Source of the DNA: Candidatus Planktophila sp.
GTDB taxonomy: Bacteria > Actinomycetota > Actinomycetes > Nanopelagicales > Nanopelagicaceae
Direction of reading: 5' to 3'
Assembly (NCBI GenBank): GCA_040402235.1
Contig: JBBAMY010000004.1
Coordinates: forward strand, 6,070 to 70,069
DNA length: 64,000 bases
The notes beneath the pieces were generated by a model. The model saw only the letters and a program-made list of their open reading frames with translations. It was not told the DNA's origin and searched no databases. The translations under genes and the position numbers were made by a program. How positions within the stretch are numbered: the first letter of the stretch is position 1; each line of letters begins with the position of its first letter. Below, one piece after another: positions 44,548 through 54,420 of this stretch.

Positions 44548-46210
44548 CTCTTTCCTGCTCTTCTAAAAGTTCATCCAAAGCTTCAAGTTCGCGATCTACT
44601 AGTTCTTCATATGCAGTAACTGATGCTTTACGCTCTTTTGCACTCCATCCCAGTGCTGGGGCGATAATTGCGGCAATCTCATCTGCTAAGTGCACGCCAT
44701 GGTCGCTGGCTTCAAAAGCAATACGAGTACGGCGCGAAATAACATCATCAACTGTTCGTGCACCTTCATGACTTACCGCATATTCAATCTCAGCCTTTAT
44801 ATAAAGCAGATCTTTATCCACTTTTGCCGCAAGCTTTGGATTCACTTCAATGAGTGCAAGAACCTCACTAATCATTGAGCCATAGCGATCGAGCAAGTGA
44901 GTAATAGTCTGGGTATCTAGGCCACTGGATTCACTTAAGCGCTCTATTTGTTGCGCTAATGCAAAGTAGCCATCAGCACCAACTAAAGGAAGCTTCTCTG
45001 TTACAGACTCAGGCTTAATGGCGCGAAGTTCAATCACCGCGCGATCAATAGCATCTTTAGCCATCACTCGATAGGTGGTGTATTTGCCACCGGCAATACT
45101 CACAAATCCTGGCGCTGGTCGATCAACTGTGTGTTCGCGTGAGAGTTTGGTTGTTGCAGAGTCTTTGTTATTTGCAACCAATGGTCGCAATCCTGCATAC
45201 ACACCAATAATTTGAGAAACCTCTAATTTAGGAGAGAGCACGCGGTTGGCTTGATCCAAAATGTATTGAACATCTTCTCGGCTAGCAAAAGGTTCTGCTC
45301 GATCTCCAGTGTATGGAGTATCGGTAGTTCCAACGATCCACTTATCTCCCCATGGAATCAAGAACAAAACTGAAACTGGAGTCTTGAGAATAATTCCAGC
45401 GTTAGATTTAATTGCTGAGCCTGGCATAACGATATGAACGCCCTTACTCATGGTCACGCCGTAGCCTGGCTTTAACTCAAACTTTGCATGCAACTCATCG
45501 CTCCATACGCCCGCACACATGACTGTTGCTGTTGCAGTGATGTTAATAGTTTTGCCAGACTCTAAATCTTTAGCTTTTACTCCAACTACGCGCTTGCCTT
45601 GACGCAAAAGAGATTGCGCGCTCACTCGTGTTGCAATCACTGCGCCATGGCGGGCAGCCGTACGCGCGATAGTCATTGTGTGCCGAGCATCATCAACTTG
45701 TGCATCAAAATACTTAATTGCTCCAGTAATTAAATCTGGTCTTAAGGATGGTGCAATCTCATTAATCTGCTTTTGACCAATGTGTTTGTGCCAAGGAAGG
45801 GCGCGCTGGAAACCACGGAGTGCGTCATAGAGTGCAAGACCTGCACCAACATATGTGCGTTCTTTGAATTTTTCTGTCAGCGGAAATAAGAATCCAACTG
45901 GCTTAACTAAATGTGGAGACAAAGAGGAAACCATGAGTTCGCGCTCATGGAGTGCTTCACGTACTAACTTAAAGTCATATTGTTCTAGATATCGCAGGCC
46001 ACCATGAATAAGTTTGCTAGAGCGACTCGAAGTTCCTGAGGCAAGATCTTGGGATTCAATCAGAGCAACTTTCAGACCACGCGATGCTGCATCAAGGGCT
46101 GCTCCGACGCCGGTGACTCCCCCGCCTATAACTAAGATGTCAAAGGATTCACTCGATAATTGTGCAATGGCGCTATCACGCTGCTGGGGGCTGAGCTGTG
46201 ACAGGAACAT
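44537..46210 (-). CDS. glpD: FAD-dependent glycerol-3-phosphate dehydrogenase
   Basis: IGGGVTG, GTSSRSSKLIHGGLRYL, GGKYTTYR. Confidence 0.95.
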   Translation of the reverse strand: MFLSQLSPQQRDSAIAQLSSESFDILVIGGGVTGVGAALDAASRGLKVALIESQDLASGTSSRSSKLIHGGLRYLEQYDFKLVREALHERELMVSSLSPHLVKPVGFLFPLTEKFKERTYVGAGLALYDALRGFQRALPWHKHIGQKQINEIAPSLRPDLITGAIKYFDAQVDDARHTMTIARTAARHGAVIATRVSAQSLLRQGKRVVGVKAKDLESGKTINITATATVMCAGVWSDELHAKFELKPGYGVTMSKGVHIVMPGSAIKSNAGIILKTPVSVLFLIPWGDKWIVGTTDTPYTGDRAEPFASREDVQYILDQANRVLSPKLEVSQIIGVYAGLRPLVANNKDSATTKLSREHTVDRPAPGFVSIAGGKYTTYRVMAKDAIDRAVIELRAIKPESVTEKLPLVGADGYFALAQQIERLSESSGLDTQTITHLLDRYGSMISEVLALIEVNPKLAAKVDKDLLYIKAEIEYAVSHEGARTVDDVISRRTRIAFEASDHGVHLADEIAAIIAPALGWSAKERKASVTAYEELVDRELEALDELLEEQERVSS

Positions 46211-46276
46211 AAGCGTTGATTCTCCATTGCATCTGGGTAGAGTAAGCCTAACTTAATTGTGAAAGGTTTTCTCTTC

Positions 46277-47764
46277 GTGACTTATATCGGCAGTTTGGAT
46301 CAAGGAACTTCAAGTACTCGTTTCATGATCTTTGACCACTCGGGCAAAGTTATTGGCCAGCATCAACTTGAACATCGCCAAATAATGCCTCACCCCGGTT
46401 GGGTTGAGCATGATGCCAGCGAGATTTGGCAGCGCGTTCAAGAAGTCATCGCTGGCGCACTCAAGCAGGCCGACATCTTGGGCTCTGATTTAGCAGCCAT
46501 TGGAATCACCAATCAACGCGAAACCACAGTGGTTTGGGATGTAAGCACTGGGCAACCTCTATCCAATGCCATCGTATGGCAGGACACTCGCACCACAGAT
46601 TTTCTAGCTTCGTTGACTGATGCCCAACAGCAGACAGTTCGTTTTAAGACTGGCTTAACGATTGCTCCGTACTTTGCCGGTAGCAAGATGAACTGGTTTC
46701 TCAGTAATGTTCCTGCTGCAAAAAATGAAAATGCACGTATGGGAACTATTGATTCATGGTTGCTGTGGAATCTTTCTGGTGGAGTTCGTGGTGGAGTTCA
46801 CTTAACCGATGTGACCAACGCCAGTCGCACATTACTCATGAACCTTGAAACTCTTGATTGGGATCAAGAACTTCTAGATATCTTTGGAGTATCCCGTACT
46901 TCACTTCCAGAGATTAAATCATCATCTGAAGTCTATGCATCAACCGATCCCCACGGTCCATTTGGAACTTCCATTCCAATCGCTGGAATATTAGGTGACC
47001 AGCAAGCTGCAATGGTTGGGCAAGTCTGCTTTGAGCGCGGAGAATCTAAAACAACGTATGGCACCGGAAACTTTGCTCTGCTCAACACTGGCACCGAAAT
47101 CGTTCGATCAAAAAATGGTTTGCTCACAACCCTCTGTTTTAAATTTGGTAACCAACCTGCACATTACGCTTTGGAAGGTTCCGTTGCTGTTACTGGCTCT
47201 GCAATCCAATGGCTGCGCGATCAATTGGGCATCATTACTAACGCTGCTGAAACAGAAAATCTTGCATCCTCTGTGACAGATACTGCAGGAGTTTATTTTG
47301 TGCCCGCATTCTCAGGCCTCTTTGCACCGTATTGGCGCAGTGATGCACGCGGTGCAATTGTTGGATTAACACGGGCTGCAACAAAAGCCCATCTTGCTCG
47401 TGCTGCCCTTGAAGCAATCTGTTATCAAACCCGCGATGTTATGGATGCAATGGTTGCTGACAGCGGTGTTCCAATGCATGAAATGCGAGTTGACGGTGGA
47501 ATCACTGCTAACTCTTTGTGTATGCAGATGCAGGCAGACATTATGGGAATTGATATCACTCGCCCACTGATCGGTGAGACGACTGCCCTCGGTGCTGCCT
47601 ATGCAGCTGGCCTTGCTGTTGGTTTCTGGAGTTCTCAAGATGAAGTTAAAAAGCAATGGCAGCAATCACGTCGCTGGTCACCAACTTCAACGGTGGAAGT
47701 GCGCGAAGCTGGCTATAAGCAGTGGAAGAAAGCAGTTGAGCGAACTCTGAACTGGGTTGACTAA
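46277..47764 (+). CDS. glpK: Glycerol kinase
   Basis: [31 protein letters not shown]; start moved to GTG 46277 with GAAAGG RBS. Confidence 0.96.
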   Translation: MTYIGSLDQGTSSTRFMIFDHSGKVIGQHQLEHRQIMPHPGWVEHDASEIWQRVQEVIAGALKQADILGSDLAAIGITNQRETTVVWDVSTGQPLSNAIVWQDTRTTDFLASLTDAQQQTVRFKTGLTIAPYFAGSKMNWFLSNVPAAKNENARMGTIDSWLLWNLSGGVRGGVHLTDVTNASRTLLMNLETLDWDQELLDIFGVSRTSLPEIKSSSEVYASTDPHGPFGTSIPIAGILGDQQAAMVGQVCFERGESKTTYGTGNFALLNTGTEIVRSKNGLLTTLCFKFGNQPAHYALEGSVAVTGSAIQWLRDQLGIITNAAETENLASSVTDTAGVYFVPAFSGLFAPYWRSDARGAIVGLTRAATKAHLARAALEAICYQTRDVMDAMVADSGVPMHEMRVDGGITANSLCMQMQADIMGIDITRPLIGETTALGAAYAAGLAVGFWSSQDEVKKQWQQSRRWSPTSTVEVREAGYKQWKKAVERTLNWVD

Positions 47765-49863
47765 AGCTTTATAATTTCGATCAGCACCGCATTCGCTGGT
47801 GCAAGAATCGGTGCGCTCACTCCCATAGTTGCAAGGGCTGAACCTGACATCGTTATGCCATCCATCCACTGCGGTGGAGTAATTAACATGAATCGTGGTT
47901 TGCCTGCTGGATAAACAGCCTTGATTGAGTAAGAAGCAGTTGGATCTAATCCAGGAAATTTAAGAGCTGCAGGATGAATTGTCACAGTTGGAGTGAGTTG
48001 AACATAGGCAAATATTGATTTCTTTGTATCGGCAGAAACAACTCCATAGAGATATCCATGCTCATCCGGATAATCAACGCGAACAGATTTACCACTGTGT
48101 AACAAGGCTCGATTATCTTTGTAGTACTGAGCCCATGATGTGAGGTTCTTTCGTTCCTCAGAAGTTGCTTGCGTAATATTCCATTCAATTCCTGCATGAC
48201 CAAAAAGGGCCGTTGTTGCGCGCATAGAGAGTTCTAATGTGCGCCCAGTTTGATGTCCATGAGTTGGTCCAATATGTGTTCCCAGCATTTCAGGTGGAAT
48301 AACTTGGGATGTCCAGCGTTGAATAGTTTGGCGCTCGAGTGCATCGTTATTATCACTAGTCCAGAAGCGATCTACATAATCAATAACACCTAAATCAATA
48401 CGCCCTCCACCGGATGCACATGATTCAATTTCAAGTCCAGGATGGCGCTTTTTTAACTCTGCAAACAAACGATAAATCGCTTGTGTTTGGCGGCGCACAC
48501 CAGCCACACCTAAATGCCCCGCATCAACTAATACACGGTTGTGATCCCACTTAATGTAAGCAATCTTGTGAGCAGCTAAGACAGCAGAGGTTTGTTCCAA
48601 GACATGCTTGTATGCATCTTCATGCCCAAGATCTAGAACGAGTTGGTGGCGCCATAGCGGTGGAGTTCGATCACCTTCATGCAAGATCCACTCAGGATGA
48701 GCACGATATAAATCAGAGTCAGGGTTAACCATTTCGCCTTCAAACCAAAGACCAAACTCAATTCCCTTGCTATTGATGTATTCAATGATTGGCGTTAAAC
48801 CATTTGGCCACACGGCAGGATCTATAACCCAATCCCCTAAGCCTGAGCGATCATTGCGGCGGGAGTGAAACCAGCCATCATCTAAAACAACGCGTTCAAT
48901 ACCAACTTGGGCAGCAACATCAACAAGCTCTTTGATCTTCACTTCATCATGATCAAAGTAGAGCGCTTCCCACATATTCAAAGTCAGCGGACGTGGACGC
49001 TTAGGGTGAATAGCTCGAGCGCGTAGATATGAATGAAATGCTGCACTGATGCCATCTAGGCCTTGATTGGAATACACAGCAAATAAAGCCGGTGCTTCAT
49101 AGCTCTCATGTGCGCCAAGAATTACTTCACCAGCAAGTAGGAGTTCGCCTGCTCCCATTGATTGCTGACCATCAAAACCGCGCTCAACTAAATAATGCGA
49201 ATTACCGCTCCATGCAATGCTTGTTGCCCAAGCACTTCCAGTTTGAAAAGAAGTTTGTGCGGTTAAGGCAATATCTGCAATAGAGAAGTTGTGGCCGCTT
49301 CTACCCTCACGGGATTCACGTACCCATGTGCCAATTTGAATATCACGACGCTGTGGTTGGCGCTCATTAGACCAACGACCTGCAAAATCTAAAGTTTGTG
49401 TTGCCTCTTGTGGCAAGGGCAACCAGTGAATAAATTCATTGAGAACATAATCAGAGGTTCCAATGTTTTTAACTGTTGCCTTTTGAATAAGAACTCCAAA
49501 AGCATCTAAATCAAAAGTTACTGCAACTTCTAACTCAGCATGAAAATCACGCAGGGTTACTGCGCAATGATTACCCTGATGATGAAAATCTGTCACTTCA
49601 AATTTAGTTGACCATGCTTTTCCATTGCGATGACCAGATAAAGATCCACGGCCTAAGAAACCACGTGAACTCTCGCGCATCAAACCTGGCACCTGCGCTT
49701 CATCCCATGAACTGTTTGCAATCGATACTCGACTAGCTAGTGCGATGTCATGGTTTTGCCCAAGAATTGGGGCTCCCCAATGGCGAACTACCAAGGCTCC
49801 ATTAACAACCTCAATGAGCAACGAGGAAGTTGGAGCGCTCAGAAGTGCTGTTTGCTTAGTCAC
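47761..49863 (-). CDS. Alpha-galactosidase, GH36
   Basis: [40 protein letters not shown]; no signal peptide. Confidence 0.94.
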   Translation of the reverse strand: MTKQTALLSAPTSSLLIEVVNGALVVRHWGAPILGQNHDIALASRVSIANSSWDEAQVPGLMRESSRGFLGRGSLSGHRNGKAWSTKFEVTDFHHQGNHCAVTLRDFHAELEVAVTFDLDAFGVLIQKATVKNIGTSDYVLNEFIHWLPLPQEATQTLDFAGRWSNERQPQRRDIQIGTWVRESREGRSGHNFSIADIALTAQTSFQTGSAWATSIAWSGNSHYLVERGFDGQQSMGAGELLLAGEVILGAHESYEAPALFAVYSNQGLDGISAAFHSYLRARAIHPKRPRPLTLNMWEALYFDHDEVKIKELVDVAAQVGIERVVLDDGWFHSRRNDRSGLGDWVIDPAVWPNGLTPIIEYINSKGIEFGLWFEGEMVNPDSDLYRAHPEWILHEGDRTPPLWRHQLVLDLGHEDAYKHVLEQTSAVLAAHKIAYIKWDHNRVLVDAGHLGVAGVRRQTQAIYRLFAELKKRHPGLEIESCASGGGRIDLGVIDYVDRFWTSDNNDALERQTIQRWTSQVIPPEMLGTHIGPTHGHQTGRTLELSMRATTALFGHAGIEWNITQATSEERKNLTSWAQYYKDNRALLHSGKSVRVDYPDEHGYLYGVVSADTKKSIFAYVQLTPTVTIHPAALKFPGLDPTASYSIKAVYPAGKPRFMLITPPQWMDGITMSGSALATMGVSAPILAPANAVLIEIIKL

Positions 49864-49883
49864 AAAGGTAGAGTAACGACACT

Positions 49884-50996
49884 ATGGAGCAGAGTAAAAA
49901 ACTAAGCGCTGGCATCCTGCGAAATAATCGCCAGATGGCAGATGGGCGCACCATTCGCTATTACGACACTTCTGGCCAAAACCGCAGCGCTAAAGATGCT
50001 CGTCCTGTTGAAGAACAACCAGCTATCGGTGAACTTCGACTCGATCCCTTGGTCAATGAGTGGATTGCCATGGCCTCTCATCGCCAAGGCCGAATCTTTT
50101 TACCTCCCAAAGAACTCTGTCCACTTTGTCCAACAACAGGTGAGCTCTTAACTGAGATTCCTGAATCTGATTTTGAAGTAGTTGTCTTTGATAACCGCTC
50201 TCCTTCACTTCGCCCACCTACAGGAGATTGGGCATTACCGGATCAAGTTGGACCAGATACTGATTTAGGAAGCGCTGCAGGAAAATGTGAAGTTATCTGT
50301 TTTACACCAGAGCATGGAAATGCATTTAAGGATTTAACGCCTGCACGTGTGCGGGTGCTGCTTGAAGCATGGATTGATCGCACCGCCGAACTCTCGCAAG
50401 AGAGCTTCATTGAACATATTGCACCATTTGAAAACCGCGGTGAAGAAATTGGTGTGACCCTCACACACCCACATGGTCAGATTTATGCCTATTCATTTGT
50501 TCCACCTCGTGTTGAAAAGATGTTGGTTGCAGCCAATACATACAAAAAGTCCACTGGTAAAGTTTTATTTGATGAAGTAGTTGCACGTGAAATCCGTGAT
50601 GAGGAACGCATCATTGCCCAAAATGATCGTTGGATTGCATTTGTGCCATATGCCGCACGTTATCCTTTTGAAATTCACGTAGCACCGCTTAATCCAGTTG
50701 CAGATTTAGCTGGACTTACAGATCAAGACCGTGATGCATTTGCTCCTATTGCTTTGGAAGTAATGAAGCGCCTAGACGGTGTCTTTGGAATTGATATGGC
50801 CTATATAGCCGCATGGCACCAAGCACCTGTTCGTGTTGGTCGCGATGTGTTGCGCTTGCACTGGCAAATCACCAGCGTGCGCCGCGCTCCTGGAAAATTA
50901 AAGTATTTGGCTGGATCTGAATCTGCAATGGGTGCATTCATTATGGATATGCGACCTGAGCAATCAGCAGCTCAACTGCGCGAAGTAGTTTTGTAA
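49884..50996 (+). CDS. galT: Galactose-1-phosphate uridylyltransferase
   Basis: CPLCP, FENRG, HPHGQ. Confidence 0.95.
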   Translation: MEQSKKLSAGILRNNRQMADGRTIRYYDTSGQNRSAKDARPVEEQPAIGELRLDPLVNEWIAMASHRQGRIFLPPKELCPLCPTTGELLTEIPESDFEVVVFDNRSPSLRPPTGDWALPDQVGPDTDLGSAAGKCEVICFTPEHGNAFKDLTPARVRVLLEAWIDRTAELSQESFIEHIAPFENRGEEIGVTLTHPHGQIYAYSFVPPRVEKMLVAANTYKKSTGKVLFDEVVAREIRDEERIIAQNDRWIAFVPYAARYPFEIHVAPLNPVADLAGLTDQDRDAFAPIALEVMKRLDGVFGIDMAYIAAWHQAPVRVGRDVLRLHWQITSVRRAPGKLKYLAGSESAMGAFIMDMRPEQSAAQLREVVL

Positions 50997-51949
50997 TGCG
51001 GGTATTAGTAACAGGTGGCACCGGTTATATCGGTTCTACGGCAGTAGATATTTTGCTCGCGCAAGATTATGAGATATCTATTCTCGATGATTGCAGCACT
51101 GGCCATGCCGACACAGCTCCTGCAGGTGTGAGTTTTATTCAAGGTTCACTTCTAAGTTCTGGTGATTTAGCACAAGCCCTTGTTGGAGTAGATGCGGTGA
51201 TGCACTTTGCTGGTAAATCACTTGTGGGTGAATCTGTTGAAAAGCCTAATCTCTATCACCAAGTAAACGTTGATGGTTCCCGTAATTTGCTCAATGAAAT
51301 GCACAAAAGTGGAGTAACAAACTTAGTTTTCTCTTCATCTGCTGCAACTTATGGCGAACCTGAAAAAACTCCTATTCCAGAAACTGCACCTACCAAGCCA
51401 ACTAATCCTTATGGTGCTACTAAATTGGAAATAGATCAAATGATTACTGCAGAGGCTGCCTCACGTGGGATTGCTGCTGCGTCACTGCGTTATTTCAATG
51501 TAGCTGGTGCACTTAAATCAAAGCGGGGTTGGTTAGCTGAGCGCCACAGCCCAGAGACACATTTGATTCCAAATGTTTTGAGGAGTACCAAAGAAAACCC
51601 AGTAAAGATATTTGGCACTGATTGGCCAACTGCTGATGGGACTTGTGTGCGCGACTATGTGCACGTTGTTGATTTAATCGATGCTCACATTAAAGCTTTA
51701 GAATCACTACAACCCGGCGTCCACGAGATCTATAACTTAGGTAGCGGTGATGGATATTCAGTGCGAGAAGTTGTGGCTGCTGCATCAAAGGCTACAGGCC
51801 ACCAGATTCCAACCCTTGATTCACCACGTCGTGCTGGAGATCCTGCGGTTTTAATTGCAGATATTAATAAGGCAAAGACAAAACTTGGATGGAACCCAAC
51901 TAGAGGAATCGATGTCATGGTTGCCGATACTTTGGCAGCTCTTAGCTAG
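50996..51949 (+). CDS. galE: UDP-glucose 4-epimerase
   Basis: GGTGYIG, FSSSAATYG, YGATK, LRYFN, RDYVHV. Confidence 0.95.
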   Translation: MRVLVTGGTGYIGSTAVDILLAQDYEISILDDCSTGHADTAPAGVSFIQGSLLSSGDLAQALVGVDAVMHFAGKSLVGESVEKPNLYHQVNVDGSRNLLNEMHKSGVTNLVFSSSAATYGEPEKTPIPETAPTKPTNPYGATKLEIDQMITAEAASRGIAAASLRYFNVAGALKSKRGWLAERHSPETHLIPNVLRSTKENPVKIFGTDWPTADGTCVRDYVHVVDLIDAHIKALESLQPGVHEIYNLGSGDGYSVREVVAAASKATGHQIPTLDSPRRAGDPAVLIADINKAKTKLGWNPTRGIDVMVADTLAALS

Positions 51950-51956
51950 GTAATTC

Positions 51957-53093
51957 ATGTCAGATATAGATAAAAGATTTGTGCAGGCATTTGGCGCAAC
52001 CCCAGACATTATTGCCGCAGCACCTGGGCGCGTTAACTTAATCGGAGAACACATCGACTACAGTGATGGTTTCGTCCTCCCCTATGCCATCAAGGATCGT
52101 ACTTTTGCTGCTATTCGAGTGCGCAATGATCGAAAAGTACGCATAAGCTCAATGCAGCGTAGAAACAAAGTTATAGAACAAAACCTTGATGCCATCAAGC
52201 CTGGGCTCAAAGGTGAATGGGAGCGCTATCCATTTGGCGTTATTTGGTCTCTTGGAATAACTAAGGGCATAGACATCATGATTGATGGCCATGTTCCTCT
52301 CGGAGCCGGTTTATCTTCTTCCGCTGCCCTTGAGTGCAGTGTTGCTACTGCCCTTAACCAACTCTTTTCTTTAGGTCATTCATTAGAAGATTTAGCGCGT
52401 TTAACTCAAAGAGCTGAAAATGACTATGTAGGCGTGCCATGCGGAATCATGGATCAATCAGTATCACTCATGGCTCACTCTGGTTCTGCGCTTTTATTAG
52501 ATTGCCGCGACTTAATAACTAGACATATTGCATTTGACGTTGCATCCAGAGGACTTGAACTTCTTATCATTGACACACAAGCCCATCACTCACTTACTGA
52601 TGGTGGTTATGCCGAACGCCGAATATCGTGTGAATCTGTGGTTGCCAAGTTGGGTATTGCATCTTTGCGCGAACTCACTTTGGATCAACTTGAGTCTTCA
52701 CGTAATCTGCTTACTGATACGGAATTCTGCAGAGCTCGCCATGCAGTCACTGAGATGAAACGTGTTATGGATGCCGTAGAAGTCCTTGAGAAAAAGGATT
52801 TTGCTTCTCTAGGACAACTTCTCAATCAATCCCACGCTTCACTTCGTGATGATTACAACGTCTCGTGCCGAGAACTCAATTGCGCAGTGGATGCATCAAT
52901 AGCTGCAGGTGCACTTGGCGCGCGCATGGTGGGTGGCGGCTTTGGTGGAAGTGCAATTGCGCTCATTAAAGCTTCACATACTGCGCAAACAATTGCAGCT
53001 GTTGAAAAGGCTTTTTCTGAAAAAAGATTTAAAGCACCGCGCTTTTTTACTTCTCTTCCAAGCCAAGGCGCTGAGGTTATTCAACGGGGGTAA
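51957..53093 (+). CDS. galK: Galactokinase
   Basis: PGRVNLIGEHIDY, GAGLSSSAA, CGIMDQ, GGGFGG. Confidence 0.96.
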   Translation: MSDIDKRFVQAFGATPDIIAAAPGRVNLIGEHIDYSDGFVLPYAIKDRTFAAIRVRNDRKVRISSMQRRNKVIEQNLDAIKPGLKGEWERYPFGVIWSLGITKGIDIMIDGHVPLGAGLSSSAALECSVATALNQLFSLGHSLEDLARLTQRAENDYVGVPCGIMDQSVSLMAHSGSALLLDCRDLITRHIAFDVASRGLELLIIDTQAHHSLTDGGYAERRISCESVVAKLGIASLRELTLDQLESSRNLLTDTEFCRARHAVTEMKRVMDAVEVLEKKDFASLGQLLNQSHASLRDDYNVSCRELNCAVDASIAAGALGARMVGGGFGGSAIALIKASHTAQTIAAVEKAFSEKRFKAPRFFTSLPSQGAEVIQRG

Positions 53094-53316
53094 TTGAAAC
53101 CACTTCTACCCCGCCAATTGCTCCTAAAACATTGAGTAAATCAGTGGGATCACTTCCTGGCACCGCAACAGTAATTTCGTCATAACCGCGTCCATCTTCA
53201 GATTTGAGAACTACTAATCCTCGAATATCTCCGCCCGCAACACCGATTGCAGATGCCAGTAAACCAAGTGAACCCGGGCGATCTGGAAGAGAGATGCTAA
53301 GGCGAAATTGGGCCAT
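53077..53316 (-). CDS. Stand-alone ACT domain protein
   Basis: LPDRPGSLG...GGDI ACT signature; TACTAT 6 nt before ATG. Confidence 0.82.
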   Translation of the reverse strand: MAQFRLSISLPDRPGSLGLLASAIGVAGGDIRGLVVLKSEDGRGYDEITVAVPGSDPTDLLNVLGAIGGVEVVSITPVE

Positions 53317-53350
53317 GGCTCAATAGTACCGCTAAAATCTTTCTCCCACC

Positions 53351-54247
53351 TTATGCCTCAATGACCCAAGCACCGCTAATAGCAACTTTTATTTTTCCAA
53401 GCGGATTCACTGCCGGACCATTAACAACTTGTGCAGATTTATACGGATCAAACTCAGCTCCATGGCATGGACATGCCATTGTCTTGCTGGAGGCTGAATA
53501 TGCCACGGTGCAGCCCTGGTGTGTACAAATAGCTGAATAAGCAAAAACACCGGTCTTGGTTCTAAAAAGGATCGCTGGTGCACCGTTGCTAGCAACAAAG
53601 TTACGGGAAGCCCCGACTTTGAGTGATACCAGTTTAACAATCTTTGTGCCTTTACCTGCTGCTGAAGAACTAGTTGCAGGTGCAGCTTTCGCAAATAATT
53701 TGCCCGCTCCTGCAAAAGCAACAGCTAATACACCAGTAATTCCAACGCGTAACACGCTGCGACGCTCTAATGACATGTTAAAAACCTTTCGTTCGCCATT
53801 TCCGATTAGGAGTAATAAATAGGACAACCATATAACTGCATATGCCGTATTACTTGCTAAGAAGTATGGGGAGACATGAAAAGTATCAGCAAACCACAAT
53901 CCTAGCGACATCAAAAATCCGCCAAATGCCGCCAAACGTGGTGCAACCCAGAGGAGTGTGGCTAGTCCGATTGCAAACTCAGAGATCATCACAAAGCCAC
54001 CGATCAAGGTTGCATGCTCGATTAAATTATCAAAAATAAAGCCAACTGGGGAATGTGTTGAATAGCCAGATAGCTGTGTTCCAATGTAAGTAGAAGAGCC
54101 TGGGTTTAGAAAACCTGGATCACTAGCTTTATCCCAACCCGCGTAAATCCAAGTGATTCCAAGCCACAGGCGCATCACTTGCAAAGCAGGTGCCTGGTTG
54201 CGCCACGACAAATTGGCCGTGCGCACATAGCTCTTAATCATGCTCAC
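53351..54247 (-). CDS. DoxD/DoxX-type membrane domain fused to a Rieske [2Fe-2S] domain
   Basis: RLWLGITWIYAGWDK, EFAIG DoxD motifs; CTHQGC and CPCHG Rieske boxes; likely start GTG 54247. Confidence 0.88.
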   Translation of the reverse strand: MSMIKSYVRTANLSWRNQAPALQVMRLWLGITWIYAGWDKASDPGFLNPGSSTYIGTQLSGYSTHSPVGFIFDNLIEHATLIGGFVMISEFAIGLATLLWVAPRLAAFGGFLMSLGLWFADTFHVSPYFLASNTAYAVIWLSYLLLLIGNGERKVFNMSLERRSVLRVGITGVLAVAFAGAGKLFAKAAPATSSSAAGKGTKIVKLVSLKVGASRNFVASNGAPAILFRTKTGVFAYSAICTHQGCTVAYSASSKTMACPCHGAEFDPYKSAQVVNGPAVNPLGKIKVAISGAWVIEA

Positions 54248-54293
54248 GAGATACATAGTAAAGGTGAGTCTGAAAAAAGGCCGAGTAGAAAAG

Positions 54294-54365
54294 CTCCCTG
54301 ACTTGGATTCGAACCAAGAACCTGTCGATTAACAGTCGACTGCTCTGCCGTTGAGCTATCAGGGA
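54294..54365 (-). tRNA. tRNA-Asn(GTT), CCA not encoded
   Basis: TCCCTGATAGCTCAACGGCAGAGCAGTCGACTGTTAATCGACAGGTTCTTGGTTCGAATCCAAGTCAGGGAG. Confidence 0.97.
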
Positions 54366-54420
54366 TCAATAGAGCGCAAACTCTAGCGCACGCACAGGCC
54401 GTGGCTGAAATTGAGGGGTT

